Origin: Anthoceros angustus
Taxonomy: Eukaryota; Plantae; Anthocerotophyta
Reading direction: 5' to 3'
NCBI GenBank assembly: GCA_010909165.1
Contig: VJWM01000063.1
Location: 1,116,001-1,180,000, forward strand
Length of the DNA stretch: 64,000 nt
Shown: positions 28,808 to 42,590 of the stretch, piece after piece
How positions within the stretch are numbered: the first letter of the stretch is position 1
How the letters are laid out: the number at the start of each line of letters is the position of its first letter
Notes under the pieces: model-generated
What the model saw: the letters and a program-made list of their open reading frames with translations, nothing else
What the model was told of the DNA's origin: nothing
Database searches by the model: none
Made by a program: the position numbers and the translations under genes

Positions 28808-31373
28808 TCAAGGGTTGGCGTTGCTGGAGTGAGGGTACCTTCCCAAGGAGTTCCAGAATATGTACTCCCCAGACACAACCTGCAGGGCGGCAGAGATTTG
28901 AGAGATGGATACAAGTATGAGAGCAACCGTCTACTTTTTGATTGAAACACAGACCTGTGAGAAGCACTCTGTTGTGACCTTGGTTGCGGGATATACAGTG
29001 ACCTGCACAAATGGACATACAGTAATGGTTAAGCAAGCTTCTGCAGGGAGTTGCTGGCCTTTGATGATGAACACTAGGAAAAGTATGTCAATAGTAGTTT
29101 GGTCTCTTACAGCTTTGGGATCGATTGATAAGCCAGATACGGTGCCACCAACCAGTTTCAGAGAAGCCTGGGCACGAAGTAAGCAGCCAACCATCATGAT
29201 GGGAACGAGTAACATCCCTGACGAGAGCCAAAGAGGTGATGCAAAAGGAGGAGCAGAAGAAGAATCCAAGACACGGAGAGAGACCTACTTTGGCATAGCT
29301 GTAGGCATCCCAGGTGAATGCATCTTCCCATTGAGCTACAGACAGACCCGTGTCACCCTTCTCCGAGTTGCCGTCATAATAGTCTCCAGCTCTTTCCACG
29401 TTCTTCACTTCGGCCTCCTCCTCGGGGTACAAGGCTGTTTTGTCAGAATTATTCAAATTCTCTGTGCCTGACGTGGGAGCAAATTTGATGGTGCCTGGAA
29501 AGGAGACTTCGGTGGCCTTTGAGAAAATGCTGCGGGTGCTGGCAGCTATCCTCCACTCAATTAAGTGGTCCGTTGTGATGAACGTGCCAGAGGAAGGTGT
29601 TCCATCAATGCTAAGAATCTTCCGTCTGGGGAAAGGCAATGACAAGGTGCAGTACTCCAATACCATGGGAGCTTTGTAGCCTTCTGTAAGCTTCATCCTA
29701 ATTAGAAAAGCTCCTTCATCATCCGATACCATGGACAGTTGATAGAACCCTTGGAGAGGAAGCTGCATAGCGGCAGGCAAGCCTTGATACCGTGCAAGCA
29801 GAAAGTTTCCCAAAGGTGGAGAGAAGGTTACCCTGTGTTTTTCGGAAACATGCTCTGTTGCCTGTGCACAAGGATGAAAGCTGAGGGCATCTGCACATGG
29901 ATTTCGGCATGAAACATGGACTGTCACCTCAGGTAGCCCTTCTAAATCTGCCCTGCACAGAATCTGCCCTCCAAGGGTAATCACATCTGCAACATCATCT
30001 CGGTCATACAAGGCAGCAGTCATTATTTCATGAACTGCAAACACCAGCTTCGGTTTTCCTCTGAATAGATAGGGTTTCCACGCTGGTTGTTTCTGTTCAG
30101 CCGGTGGGACATCCATGGCAGAGAAACCATTGGTTCGTATGGCATTTAGGTTTGCTACATTAAGATCCAAAGGAGTTCCTGCAGCAAACAGAATGACCTC
30201 ATGAAACAACCATCACGCTAGTATAGCAATCTCCAGTGACCACAATCATAATCCACCACTTACCAAAAGGCATGGCACCGCTGATGAACTTCCTAACAGC
30301 CTCCTTGTTTGCCGATTTAGCTATCTTGCCTTGTGCCCCGGTTATGACAGATGTTGCTTGTCCAGCAGCAGCTGCTACTGCTGAAGCGGCTGCTGTCACA
30401 GGTGCTGCAACTGGTTTGGCGCGCGAGGCTATACCTGCTGCAATACCTATGCCTCCAGCTAAACTGTCAAGTAAAGTTGCTGGAGGATTGATATGCATAT
30501 CTGGTTCTGCCACTTCCCCAGTGACAACATCACCGATTGCATAAGCCACTGCAAAGGCCCTGAGAATCAAATATTAGACCCGAAAAATGAGGATGGTGTG
30601 CATCATACAGTGGCAACTGTGACTACCATCATCAAAGCCACCACCAACACGCTAACATCAAAGGACGACACCAAAAACCATGCTCACCCTGTAATGCACG
30701 GCATGCCGAGCATCATGGATGAAAGATTGTTTCCACCATCTTGTACAAAATGATGTGGACCACCACAATCATGCCTCCTGCAGCGATCCTCATAAGCAGC
30801 CAACTGACGTGGTTCGACGAGTGGCAATACCAGTATCTGGTACTGACCTTTCGAATGCAACACCAGAGGCCACAGCAGAGAGGGAACATCCTTTTCTCCT
30901 GTCTTCAGCTCAAGGCTGATTATGTGCCTGGTGATGGGCTCATCCACCCACGAATCTGTGCCCTCAACTGACCAAGATTCTCGAATTGCACTCGACTGGA
31001 TGGACCCTTCCCTGAGGCATCCAGGATGAGGAACAGAGCAGATCCGAAGTTCCAGGCAAATGAGGGAAGGCTGAGCAGCTCACCTCGCTTTCCGCTCTGC
31101 TATCAGCTCCGCAATTTGCACATCGGACGGCAAAGCACGGGCACTTGTCTGGGGGTCTCGAGAGTCCGTACCCCTGGACTCGCTGCAAGCTCGTTGCCAT
31201 TGTCTCTCCACTGTAGGAAACCGCCTGCCACGATTCCATCAAGTCGCTGAAGATCAGCACCCCACCCAACAGAGCACCATGCACCAGGACCATCCCTCCC
31301 GGCATTACCTGGAGAAGAAAACATTGGAATTCGACTTGAGGATCCAGATCGCCCTGATGCTGCACCCGCGCAT
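28808..31373 (-). CDS. AP5M1: AP-5 complex subunit mu (MHD domain)
   Basis: MRGCSIRAIWIL..VFFSR-RFPTVE, LWPLVLHSKGQYQILVLPLVEP, QKQPAWKPYLFRGK, FSPPLGNF, GFYQLSMVS, GEYIFWNSLG. Confidence 0.9.
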
Positions 31374-33091
31374 GCTCCCAAACTCTCCTCTTCTGCTCCT
31401 AGAAGCTGCTACACCATTACACCACCACCGGCTACTACCTCCCTGAAGATTCCAGAGGTCTCGCCTTTCGTGGGTGCTCGGCCAACACTATTCCGCCTCC
31501 AGGCAGCTACAAAATGGATATGACATCGATGTAAAGATCTTCACCCTCGACCGGCTCCTGGATCGATTTCGGTGGCCTTCGAGGGCTACGTGTCTTTCAT
31601 GTCCGGAGCAGTTTCACAAGGATCCCTCCTCCGACATTCAGTCCACAGATGAGTATAGTTTCTACATTCAGTCCACAGATGGGTATAGTTTCTACCTCTG
31701 CCTTGTAAAACAAAATTTCCTGTCAGCACTGCACCTGGTCAGCTGCCTCCATCCACCGATCCTCGCAACTCCTTGATGTGAAAAGCGAGCTTATTTCTTC
31801 AACAGCAAGCATGGGAGGTGTTGGAAGAATCACGAGCTTTTGCGTCGTGCTGTATGTCATCAGCAATTTTGCCTACGATCCATCGTCCAACAGGTTCTTG
31901 GTACATATCCTGGCAGCCATTGATCTGCACTGTAAAACGCGATCTTCAAGAAGTGCAGTCTCGTCATAGAGCTGTGGCGTGATCTGAGGAACATTACCCT
32001 ATGACTCAAATCATATGCAGTTTGGACCATTCAGTCTGTCTTCTCATAGTTTGCAATGCTCCCTGCGTCCCTCTCCATCTCACACTCCAACTCCGTTCTC
32101 TTCTGAGGTGTAGTAGATAGAAATCCAGGATTGTCATTCTTCACTTCACCTCAAGCCCCGTTCAGGGCTTGCGTTTCTGCTTGCTGCAGGACAGACCGTT
32201 TTTCAATCGTGAGACAGGGATGGCTTAAGCTTCAAGATCTGGAATTGATTCAGGCATGACCACCGAGATCCAATCCTTACGCATCCTTCGAAACGGTGCT
32301 TCTCAAGCAGAGTAGGGCTACAAGTGCGGCTAGTTCATAGACAAAGCAGCCAACCAGATTTCTAGATTTCGCATGAACCTAGCACCAGCATGAACCTGGG
32401 CAGATCCATGTACCAGATCTCCAGAAGCCTCGTGGATCGTGAGACTGTGTAGACTTGCAGGAATCCGGCTGCCTCGGTTGCATCTCATGCTGCCTCGGGC
32501 TAAAACACGGTGCTAATCCATGGCTTAACATGCTCTAATCCAGCCGGACGCATTCCAGGTGCAGGTGGCAGGGTGGACTGATCACTGGACCGACCAGAGT
32601 CGAGGATACGAGGAGTCGAGGAGCCACCTGGTTCACGTTGTGTGCCAACACGCGTCGCCCCGACAAACAAGCTTCCCTCTACTCGACTGGTGATGCGGCC
32701 GGGCGTAACTGGTTGTCTTCTGGGCCCGTTTTGAGGTTACGCAAGGCAGCATCTGTCTGTTCCTGCAACTGGAGAGACATTTTGAATCTTTCTTGCGGCC
32801 ATTCACAGTTGGGCGCATCTGAACTTAGGTTTACCAGCTGTCAGCTTGATTGCACAATCAGAAGAGCAGGAAGGGCAGGGCGGCAAGGTCCCTCATTCTG
32901 GTGGGCTCGTTGGAGATGCTGAAAAAGAGGTGAGCTCCACTGCTTGCTGTTCAAAGCTTTCCACCCCAACCTGGAGTGGCTCTAGGTTATGGTGCAGGAG
33001 CCATGCATCAGGGGGTGAAATGAGGAGGAAAGGACAGCAACATCTTCAGCAAGGTCCCTATGCCATGTGCTGAGGCAAGTTAGGAATCGAA

Positions 33092-34282
33092 ATGGCAACA
33101 GGTCATCAGGCGGGAGATTCATCAGGAGGGCAGGTACCTTCCAGGAATGAGCTGCTGGCGATAATTCGAAAGAATTCGTCCATTCTTGGGCGGGCACCTC
33201 TGGGGGGAGGAGCGGAAGAAGAGCATGCGGATTCTTGGTTCTGGCGGGAGATTCTGGACATGTACTTTGTGCGGGGCTTTGCAGAGAAAAAAACACCTCA
33301 TGACGATGATCTGCTCTACTTCGTGCGCATCACTGACGATGACCTGGTGATTGTAAGTGAGAGAGAGGAGCAGTCTGGGGAGCCCTATTTCGTGCGCCGC
33401 TTTGCTCCTGAACTGAACAAGGTGATTGGGTCGAGTGCCTGGGAAGTGGACTGGTGCCGATCGGTGTATCTGAACCTCATTCAGCATACAACGTACTCGC
33501 TCACAGTAGCTATTTGCAACAGGGAGGTGCTTCAGGCTCACCATCGTGCAACAGGGGCGCCCTTGACCCCCGTGTACAAGGTCACCAAGACGGTCTACGC
33601 TTCCCCAACTCGCACAACCTTCCAGTCTGACAACTCCAAGGCCTCGGAGACGTCCTCCTCCTATCCTGACATATGTTTCTCTGTTGATGATTTTGCAAAC
33701 ACGTTCGAGGCAGTGGTGCTCTCAGAGACTGATCAGTGCTTCTGTGTCCTGCTGGATGCCTGCGGTGGAGCTGCTCTTCCCCTCCCCCGAGAAGGAGATG
33801 ACGTCAGGACTGGAGTGGATATACGTCTGCCAGGTGAAGAAGCAGCCCCTGGACCTCGCTCCTCCAAAGTCACCTTGTTCTCCGGCTTCGTCAGCTACTC
33901 CATGGTGAACTCAGCTTTCGAGAATGGCCGGCCCAAGTTCGCAGGCTTGCATCTCGGAGGCTCCTCCTCCAGGTCCGAGAGGCTGATCATGAGGGGTCCT
34001 GGTGGAAGGGGGGAAGTGGACTTGGCGGTCTCCAGTGTTCCTGCGGAGGACGATGGCAGGGCCCCAGGAGTTCCACCATCTCCCACCAAACCTGGCGTCA
34101 AGCCAGGCCTGGGCACCGTAGTCTGGAAGGCAGCCATGGCGGCTTCCTCAATTGCAAAAAATGTAGTGAATGGTGGAAGGCACGAACTGGGCTCTCCAGG
34201 TTCTCCAGTTCCCCTCCGTTGCTGCCTCATGTCCCTGTCCCTCCCTTGGAACTCCTTGGCTCATGACCTCTTATTCAAATAG
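33092..34282 (+). CDS. KIAA0930-like (DUF2045) protein, intronless CDS
   Basis: DDLLYFVR, VDWCRSVYLNLI, VYASPTR, YPDICFSVDDF, TLFSGFVSY, MRGPGGRGEV. Confidence 0.85.
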   Translation: MATGHQAGDSSGGQVPSRNELLAIIRKNSSILGRAPLGGGAEEEHADSWFWREILDMYFVRGFAEKKTPHDDDLLYFVRITDDDLVIVSEREEQSGEPYFVRRFAPELNKVIGSSAWEVDWCRSVYLNLIQHTTYSLTVAICNREVLQAHHRATGAPLTPVYKVTKTVYASPTRTTFQSDNSKASETSSSYPDICFSVDDFANTFEAVVLSETDQCFCVLLDACGGAALPLPREGDDVRTGVDIRLPGEEAAPGPRSSKVTLFSGFVSYSMVNSAFENGRPKFAGLHLGGSSSRSERLIMRGPGGRGEVDLAVSSVPAEDDGRAPGVPPSPTKPGVKPGLGTVVWKAAMAASSIAKNVVNGGRHELGSPGSPVPLRCCLMSLSLPWNSLAHDLLFK

Positions 34283-35975
34283 CTACCCACTCCTATTTCC
34301 TCATTCATCATCATCCTTCCTCCTCGTTCCTCTCCCTCTCCATCCCCAACTCCATCGAGTCCATACCCCCTATAATAGCGCGGGAAAGCTGCGCTAGCAG
34401 ATACTTTCAGCTCAAACCCAAATCATGCATCATACTACTAGTACCTAAATCAGGTTGCTGCTGGTTTCCGAGAATAGTGCCTTCTCCATCAAGAAAAGGG
34501 CATGGTTGTTTGTGGCCATGGTTTACATACAGTGTAGTTGTAGTTATCCCTGGCAACGTGCTTGTTTGCAAAGAGTCTTGCACACGCAGCGTGAATACCT
34601 ATACACATACGTTGAACCGAGCACGCCAGGGGTGCTGCCTGCCATTCCCGAACATCCCCATTGGCAAGCAGCGGATGAGGCATAAGGTGACGACATGCAT
34701 GGGTCACCCAGGAAGATATTGCAGTAAAAAACGAGAGAAAAGGAAAAACGGACATGGACAAAGCACGATTAGAACAAGCTGGTGGGCTTGGGAGGTGCCT
34801 CCCCAGACTGTGTGGCCCAGAGATTCCAAAGAGAAGGAGGAAGGGCAGCCTCGGGGTTTCACATTCCAAAGAGAAGGAAGGGCAACCTCGGGGTTTTACA
34901 AGAGTCAGTTGGGGATCGGCATCAACGACTGGTTCCAGATGAAGCCATGTGGGAGGGCAAGTGGGGTTTTGACTGGAACCATCCGCCTGCTTTCCCGCAG
35001 CGACGCACCTTCTGGTTGCCGGGAAGTATGGGTCAAACTGCACCCATTTCCGAACATTACACCCGAGTCCGATGCAGGCCGGAGATTAAAAAAAAAAGAC
35101 GACTGGCGCGAGATGGGCAAATAGCCCGGAAGGAGAGAAAGGAGCGGAATTTGAATAAGCAAGCTCCCGTCACGCAAGGCCACAGCCGGTAGAGGTGGGA
35201 GACTGGTTTAGGTTGTGACGACCCCACACCGGGACAGGACCGCCCATCCCTTGCCCCTCCCTTTGCCTTCCCCTGCCGCCCAGGAGTCGATCGGTCCTGG
35301 CCTGGCCCTGGCCTGGCCGGCACGGGCACTCCAGCAGCTGCAGATGAGCTGCTGTGGGTGGCGGGAAGTGGGCGACGCAGAATGCGCAGGCTATGTGGGT
35401 TTTGAATTTGTGAGCTAGCGTGGGCTGGCCGGGGCGGGCTCTGAGCGAGCGGGCTTGGGGTCGCGGCTCTTGTTTGCCTGGTGGGTCGCTGCGGGCTGGA
35501 GCTGATCGAGCTCGGAGGGCGGGGCAGGATTCGGGGGGCGAATTGCGGGGTCGCCTGGATGAATGCCAGCAGCTGGGGCAGCAGCTGGATCCGTCGCTGC
35601 GGGCACGGGCAATTTCGGGCTAGGTCTGCCGGGCTCGGATGGGTAGTGGCTGGGACGGAGGATGAGGCTGAGGAGATGCTGGGTTAGCAGATCGGGTGGC
35701 GCAGGGGCTGCATCGGCTGGTTTCACTGCTGCCTGCGGTTGTGGGTGGTGCTGCGGAAGAGCGAATTTTGTGGGTAGTTGTGTGGAGGTGCGGGAATTGG
35801 GAATCATCGGAGGAATTCATGGGAACAGGAGTGTTAGGTGAGGGTGATCTCCTGCGTGTGTAATTGCACCAGCTGAGGAGCATGAGTGGGGAGTGGTGGG
35901 CGATCGCTGCAACCCGGTTTGCGGAGCTGGGGTTTAGGATCTGGCAGAGGGCAGTGTCGTGACAGGGGGTCGGAG

Positions 35976-38900
35976 ATGGGGGCCGTTTGCTCCAGGAAGG
36001 CAACTTCCGAGGAGCCGGAGCAGGGGAGTGAGATTTTCGATGCACGAGGTGGTGGGGCTTGGACTTCGATGCCGAATGGGCCGGAGAAGACCGACATGGT
36101 TGCTAAGGTCCCGGAGGTGATGGAGAAGGATCCGTCCTTTCCTGCCAAGAAGGGGGTGCTTTTCAACCTGGAGAATAACCAGACCTATGATAAGGAAGCT
36201 GATGATAATTCTGACAAGAAGCGGCTCTCTAGAGTGCTTTCGGATAAAGCTAGGACTGCGAGAGTGAAGACGAGTACAGTGGCAAGGATGGGTGCTGCTA
36301 AGGTGTGTCGGGACAGGACACGGTTGCTGTTGGTTGAAATGACGTGGGTTGAGGGAAGGGAAGTGAACTGACGTTGTGGTTGCCTTCTTGCAGATGTCTG
36401 AAGTGAAGACCCTGCTGGGTAAAGCAGGGCAGGCAGGGATAGGGAAGACACTGGAGGCAATTGACACAATTGGGAGCACCCTCACGAACCTGAATGGAGG
36501 AACTGTTGCCAAGGGGAACAAGATTGGGATTCTGGCTTTTGAGATTGCCAACACCGTTGTGAAGGGCAACAATCTGAAGCTCTCGCTATCAGCAGAGGAA
36601 ATAAAGATATTGAAGGAGGAAATTCTGGTCTCGGAAGGAGTGCAACGATTGGTTTCCCGTGATATGGATGTGTTGTTGCGCATTGCTGCTGCTGACAAAA
36701 GGTAGTGCTGTTGGAGGGCTTCATTCCGGTCAGAGCTGCAGGGGAATGGTCAACTCTAGAGCTTTATCACCTGACGATAGGTCTAGCTGTAAGCTGACCG
36801 GACGAGGAATTGATATCCTTGCAGAGAGGAACTCAAGATTTTTTCTGGAGAGGTTATAAGGTTTGGGAATCGGTGCAAAGATCCTCATTGGCACAAGCTG
36901 GACAGAGTTTTCAGCAAGTAATGAGACCACACTCGCCTGTCTCTTGCTGTCTTTCTGAATGCTTGTTGCTTTCTGCCATCTGCTGCCTGAGTGATCTTCT
37001 TGATCCATTTACCTTGTGTGTCCCCCTGGATGTTCAGGTTAGGAGATGAAGTGTCTATTCCAAAGATATCCAAAGAGCATGCAGATGCTACGTTGCACTA
37101 CCTAATGACTTTTGCGCAGCACACTGCGGTATTTCTATGTCCTAGTAGCTTTCAGGACCTCTTCCCAGCTGCACAGTTGCCTGAAGCTGTGTGTGACCAG
37201 TTGTAACTCTTGTCAACCCAACACAGGAATTGTATCATGAGCTGCATACGTTGGATAGGTGTCAAGCCGATCTCAAGCGAAAGCAGACAGAAGATGACTC
37301 GTCCTGCACTTCTCAGAGAGGTATGCAGCCTGCGTTGTCCTAAATTTTGTCATTTGTTGGCACATTGTCAGCATAGGCTGCAGTGGATAGTTTTTCATGT
37401 GAAATTTTAAGCTTACTAAGTCAACGTTCTAGGGGAGAGTGTATCTATCCTGAAGAGTGACCTCAAAAGCCAGCAGAAACATGTTAAAAATTTGAAGAAG
37501 CGGTCCTTATGGTCAAAAATTCTAGAAGAGGTAAGTAAGTTTTATGCCCACAAGTGGAGAGTTGAGCTTGAGGGAGTGGGCAATCCCACTCCCACTTCGC
37601 TGAGTGAATTCACTCAGCGAAGTGCTACCACTGTTGTATTCAACTGTGCAAAGTGACAAATGTTTAAGAGATCCTTTGCAGGTGATGGAAAAGCTTGTGG
37701 ATCTCGTATACTATCTTCATCAAGAGCTTCAGACTTTGTTTGCAGGGCTTGGTATGTGATGTTCATTAGCATTACCACTCTCTCAGCTGGTAGTACGAGC
37801 CTGGTCCTTTTGGGAGAGCTAACTTGTGCAACTTATTTGTTACGTTTGATTTTCTCAGATGAAACTCCAATCCCATCAGAGGGACAGCTAGGAGCCTCTG
37901 GTCTTGCATTACATTATGCAAACCTCGTCAATCAGATAGAAAGTCTGGTATGCACTTCCACGTGTGAACTTGTGATGGAGTGGCACATTCCGGCAGCACA
38001 TTTCAGCTGAGCTGATAATTTGACAGGTGTCACGGCCAAGCTCTGTTCCTCCTAATACACGCGACACCCTTTATCAGGGGTTGCCACCAAGTATAAAAGC
38101 TGCTCTGCGCAATAAGCTGCAATCAGCTTATAAAGATGAGGTACACCCAGCTGTAGCTTGATGAGTTGTTTTTGACCAATTGTACATCGGGATCATGGCA
38201 GTAAGAGTTTCCAGTATTGTGTTTGTGAAAGCAGCAATCTGTTTCTGAAATTCGAGAAGAGATGGACAAAACCTTGGATTGGCTGGCAGTTGTGGCAGCA
38301 AATACGACAAAGTAAGTCATACTGTTCATCCTTGTAACATTGCAGTGAAGTGGCTTGATCCTGCGCTTCATCTATTGAACCTATCTATGTTGGATATTGA
38401 TTACTGTTGTTTTGTTTGTTCATGTACAGGGCGCATCATGGATTTGGCTGGGTGGGCGAATGGGCCAATACCGGGTGAGGAACTTGGACATATGTCGGTT
38501 TCCTGGCCTCATTTCCAATGAATGTTGGAGGTGTCTGACGTCACTTTCCTGATTTCCTTGTCAACCTTTTCAGGGGCGCATCAGACCGCAGGCTTCCCGG
38601 TCATACAGATCTTACCTTGCTGCAAACTCTACATCATGCTGACCAAGCAATTACGGAGGGATACATCCTTGAGCTGGTGGTTGGTCTGCACCACTTGGTG
38701 AGCAGGGCACGAATGAATGGTCACAACAAGTCTCCTACCAATCATCTAGTGCGACCATCACCTCCTTCTGTACCAATATTGCCAACTCCTCATGTGACAC
38801 AGAGGCAAAGTCCACCAACACAGGAAAATGGACAGCATGCTCCTCCTGCTACAGCTCTCTCACCGGAGGACCAAGAGATGCTCGCCATAGCCATCAGAGC

Positions 38901-39180
38901 AGCCAGGAAATTTCCACTGGGAACTAGCAAAAGCCAGGAATTCAACACCGGTGGAGACAAGGAAAATGCCTTGATGCGGAGCAACAGGCTGAGCAAGAGC
39001 AGCAGTCACTCGCCCAGCACACTTGGTGGGCACAACCCTGCTCCAATGTACAAGAAACGGCAGCCAAGCAATGCCCACGCATTGCCTATTTCTCCTCTGG
39101 ACCTGGATATCGACCTAATTAAGGAACTAGATGTCATTGACAGAGTTAACTCTCTGAAAGATAGCTCTCCGGAATCATGA
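35976..39180 (+). CDS. PSK SIMULATOR-like protein (DUF3475 + DUF668), multi-exon
   Basis: MGAVCS myristoylation-type start; IGILAFEIANTVVKG, FGNRCKDPHWH, LKKRSLWSKILEE, LGASGLALHYAN, RDTLYQGLP, LQTLHHADQ. Confidence 0.88.
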
Positions 39181-40631
39181 AACTGCACTCCCTCGCTCCT
39201 GCTTCTCTGGAGACTTAAGGAGTTTGAAAGCTGCTTGCCATGCTTCTCCACTGGAACTGATTTACCTGGTGTCCAAAAGGTTAGTCAAGCACGCAGTATG
39301 TAATTATATTTTGGGACCTAAGTCATGCATTCCTCTGAAGAGCAACTCGCTTCACCTTTTGCAGTTCTCCGCCTTGAACCCGTCACAGGCATATAATTTT
39401 GTGTGCGTAATTCACAAGCGTTGTGGTTCACTCTTAGCACAGGACAGCCTCTAAAAATTACTACAAAGTGGTGATGGTAATCGCTAAAATGATGGTAGGT
39501 CTCACTACAAATTCCCGAGCCAGGGGACGCACACCCTGCACATCTTTCGGTCTCCGGTGCCATCACGTCTGGCTGGCACTTCCTTTCATGAGGCATGACT
39601 GCCGGGTTCCAGGCGCATGAGAATCTGCGATGGCGGAGAGGAAACCTGAACACCGGCACGCTTTGCAGACAGCGAGGTAGAACTCTTATCAGATTCGAGC
39701 AAAACAACAACATATTATTGTTTTTATTTCTTCCTATGTATACCTGTATACCTGCCTGTTAAAATAAAAGACGCCATGTGACTGACGGACACTAGTTGAT
39801 GAGAGCCTGATCCACCTCGCCGCCACCGCCATCTCGCTAGACACCTCAGCTCGAGAGCTAGAACTTTGAAAAGTGGCAGTTGGAGTCACTGAATCAACAG
39901 CTCTGTGAACTTGCGCCCCAAACTTATGGATGTTGCACCTGCTTTGTGTATTTTCATATGGCATATGTAAGCCCCAATGTACCACTTGGGTGGCACCAGC
40001 AGCAGCCACTATGGCCCGCATGTGCACCAAGTGCAGCTGCTGCAGCTCTTGAGTATACAACTCCACCAACGGCGGTTGCATGGTTGCATGTTGCAACTGA
40101 TGCTTTCGACCTTCAGTTGCAATTGCAGCCTTCCAACTGCACTTGCAACTCGCTTGGAGTCCGTACAATTGTTAACCGGTAGTCAAACTACAGCTATCCT
40201 GGCTACTGCCTGTCTAATAGCACTTTAGCTGCATTGGGAGGTGTTGCCGCCAGCTATCCTTGGCAACGCATTTGCCGGCGGTGCGGTCATCATCGCATGT
40301 CAACCATTGTGCTTGTAGTTGAGGATTCGATAGAGCGGCTGCGGAGAACAAAATTGGCAGACCGAGCATCTACACTTAGACATGATTTGCTGCATCGAAG
40401 GCCAAGGAATCCACGATGGAATCCACAATGCTCCACCGTTTACATTCCGTTGGCACCCCAGTTCTCGCTCAATGGGAGTCTGCAAATCGCGCCTTGCCAC
40501 CCCGGAGGAAAACACACGATCAGCAAATCATCCACGTCTTCAAGGTCTAATTCATAGATTGCGAGAAAACCCGATTCATATCTACAGCTAATTGTCTATT
40601 TCGGACATGCCTGCCTATATATAGGTAACAT

Positions 40632-40830
40632 TAGTCCTTGGGCCATGGACGAATCATAAAAATACTAAAGGAAAGTACGTCCTTGGGCTATGGACCAATC
40701 AGAGAAACAAAAAATGAAAATAAGTTCTTGGGTAATGGACCAATCCGAAAAAAAATAAAGGAAAATTAGTCCTTGGGCTTTGGACCAATCAGCAAAACAA
40801 TAAAGGAAAATTCGTCCTTGGGCTATGAAC
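40632..40830. repeat. Five spaced copies of gtccttgggctatggaccaatc (subterminal-type TE repeats)
   Basis: Copies at about 40634, 40679, 40723, 40769 and 40814, roughly 45 bp apart, with A-rich spacers. Confidence 0.75.
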
Positions 40831-41149
40831 GGATCACAGTTAAGTGCAATTTTCATATGTCCTTGGTCTGCAAAAACACCAAACCTACGGCAACGCATAA
40901 AACAAAGCACTTCTCTCACGCCGTTCCACAACCACTCTTAGTACTGCAAACGCGGCCATTGCTGTGATCACCAGCACGGCCACAATTGCCTGCCCAGGCA
41001 AGTTCACAACTATGACTCCTGTGATTGCGCAGATGGCCGCAATCACAATTGCACCTACCTTTGGATGCCATACTCTGCGCCTCTCACCTCCCACTCCACT
41101 CGCACTATCCGTCCCAACATGTGCACATTTGAATGTGCATCCTCCCACC

Positions 41150-41564
41150 ATATAAGGCACCGCGCGCTGTACACGAATGGTGTGCGCAAGCGAGTGGTAG
41201 GAGCCATTCTGAGGATGCACCGAAACTGCCTTCCGGGTCCCTACGCTTCCCGCAGCACTGCGCCTGCATCCCCAAGTTCCACGCGCATGCAAAACTCCTC
41301 CGGCGTCATGCCGAGCAGTTGGGCAGCAGCTTGGAATGCAGTGGCCCATACCTCGCCGGTCTCATATGCCAGGAGCACCCGCACTCAATACCGCAGCCGA
41401 CTGCACTTCTATCCCGCACACTTTCTGCAGTATTCTTCTTCGAGCAAAGTCCCGCAGCTTTGGCATTCACTGTACAGCAAGAACTTTGAACTGTCCACCC
41501 CTCTGAGTGTTACAATGACCACAACTTTGCGCCCAGGTAGCTGCACCACCCCCGCCGTCGCCAT
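41150..41564 (-). pseudogene. RPA70 C-terminal OB-fold/Zn-ribbon-like gene relic
   Basis: YSECQSCGTLLEEEYCRKCAG*KCSRLRY*VRVLLAYETGEVWATAFQAAAQLLGMTPEEF resembles the Rep_fac-A_C pattern; two in-frame stops. Confidence 0.65.
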
Positions 41565-41599
41565 GCGTACTTGATCCATGTTCCACACGGGAAGGCCGT

Positions 41600-42590
41600 C
41601 CGCCTGCGCAACCCCCGTGGCCGCACCACTTTCCATTTGTCCACTGTCAATGTATGGCAAGCCGCAACAGGATGGCGCCTCTGGCAGGCTGCACTTGTCT
41701 TCCCGCGCCATTCGCCCCAACCGTGCCCAAATGCCAGTGGCTACCCCATGTATTCTCGTACACATGCGCCCAGACCTTGTTCATGTATATGTACAGCGGG
41801 AACGGAATGCAATACACGATGGAAAATGAACGAAAGAACTGGCGGCGGTGTGCCTCGCAGCTTGTAATACACATTCGCAAACCAAGCGAAATAGCGCCAC
41901 GCCTAAGTCACCGACAACATTACCCCATGGGCGGTCCAGGACAAACAAAATTCAAAACGCAAATGCCCATCCTCGAATCAAACACAGTCCGCTGCAACCC
42001 CGTGGCCGCACCACCATTTGTCCATCAATGTATGGCAAGTAAGGATGGCGCCCGGCGGTGCACTTGTCTTCCGCCATTCGCCCCAACCGTGCCCAAATGC
42101 CATTACCCCATGTATTCTCGCACATGCGCACCTTGTTCATGTATATGTCAATGCAATGGAAAATGAACGAAAGAACCTGAGCGGGCAGGTGCCTCGCAGT
42201 TGTACGCACACATTCGCAAACCAAGCAGAAATAGCGCTCACGCTCTAAGTCAGCTGACAACATTACCCCATGGGCCAGGGTCCAGGACAAACAAAAATTC
42301 AAAACGCAAATGCCCATCCCTCGAATCAAACACAGGTCCGTGGCTGCCGGGACACAGGCGCATGGCGAGAGGGGGGAGCAGGCTCCCCTTGCACCTCCTC
42401 CTCCAGGCGTGCCCGTGGGGGGCGAGGGCGGAGGAGGCGACGTCGGAGGCATCGGTGAGGATAGGGGGTCAAGCGGCTCCCGGCCAGGGAAGGAGCCCGT
42501 GCCCGTGGGGGGCGAGGGCGAAGGAGGCGACGTCGGAGGCATCAATGAGGATAGGGGATCAAGCGGCTCCCGGCCGGGGAAGGAGCCCGT
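41600..42590. repeat. Tandem duplications inside the TE nest
   Basis: About 41600-41990 repeats at 41990-42335; a 90-bp unit at 42411-42500 repeats at 42501-42590. Confidence 0.85.

Noticed and set aside
34477-35807. Overlapping 130-215 aa ORFs between DUF2045 and PSI
   Set aside because: No recognisable domains; GC-rich promoter and 5' UTR sequence of the PSI gene.
40632-40830. Spaced repeats as a CRISPR-like array
   Set aside because: Repeats are degenerate and the spacers are similar A-rich tracts; this fits TE subterminal repeats better.
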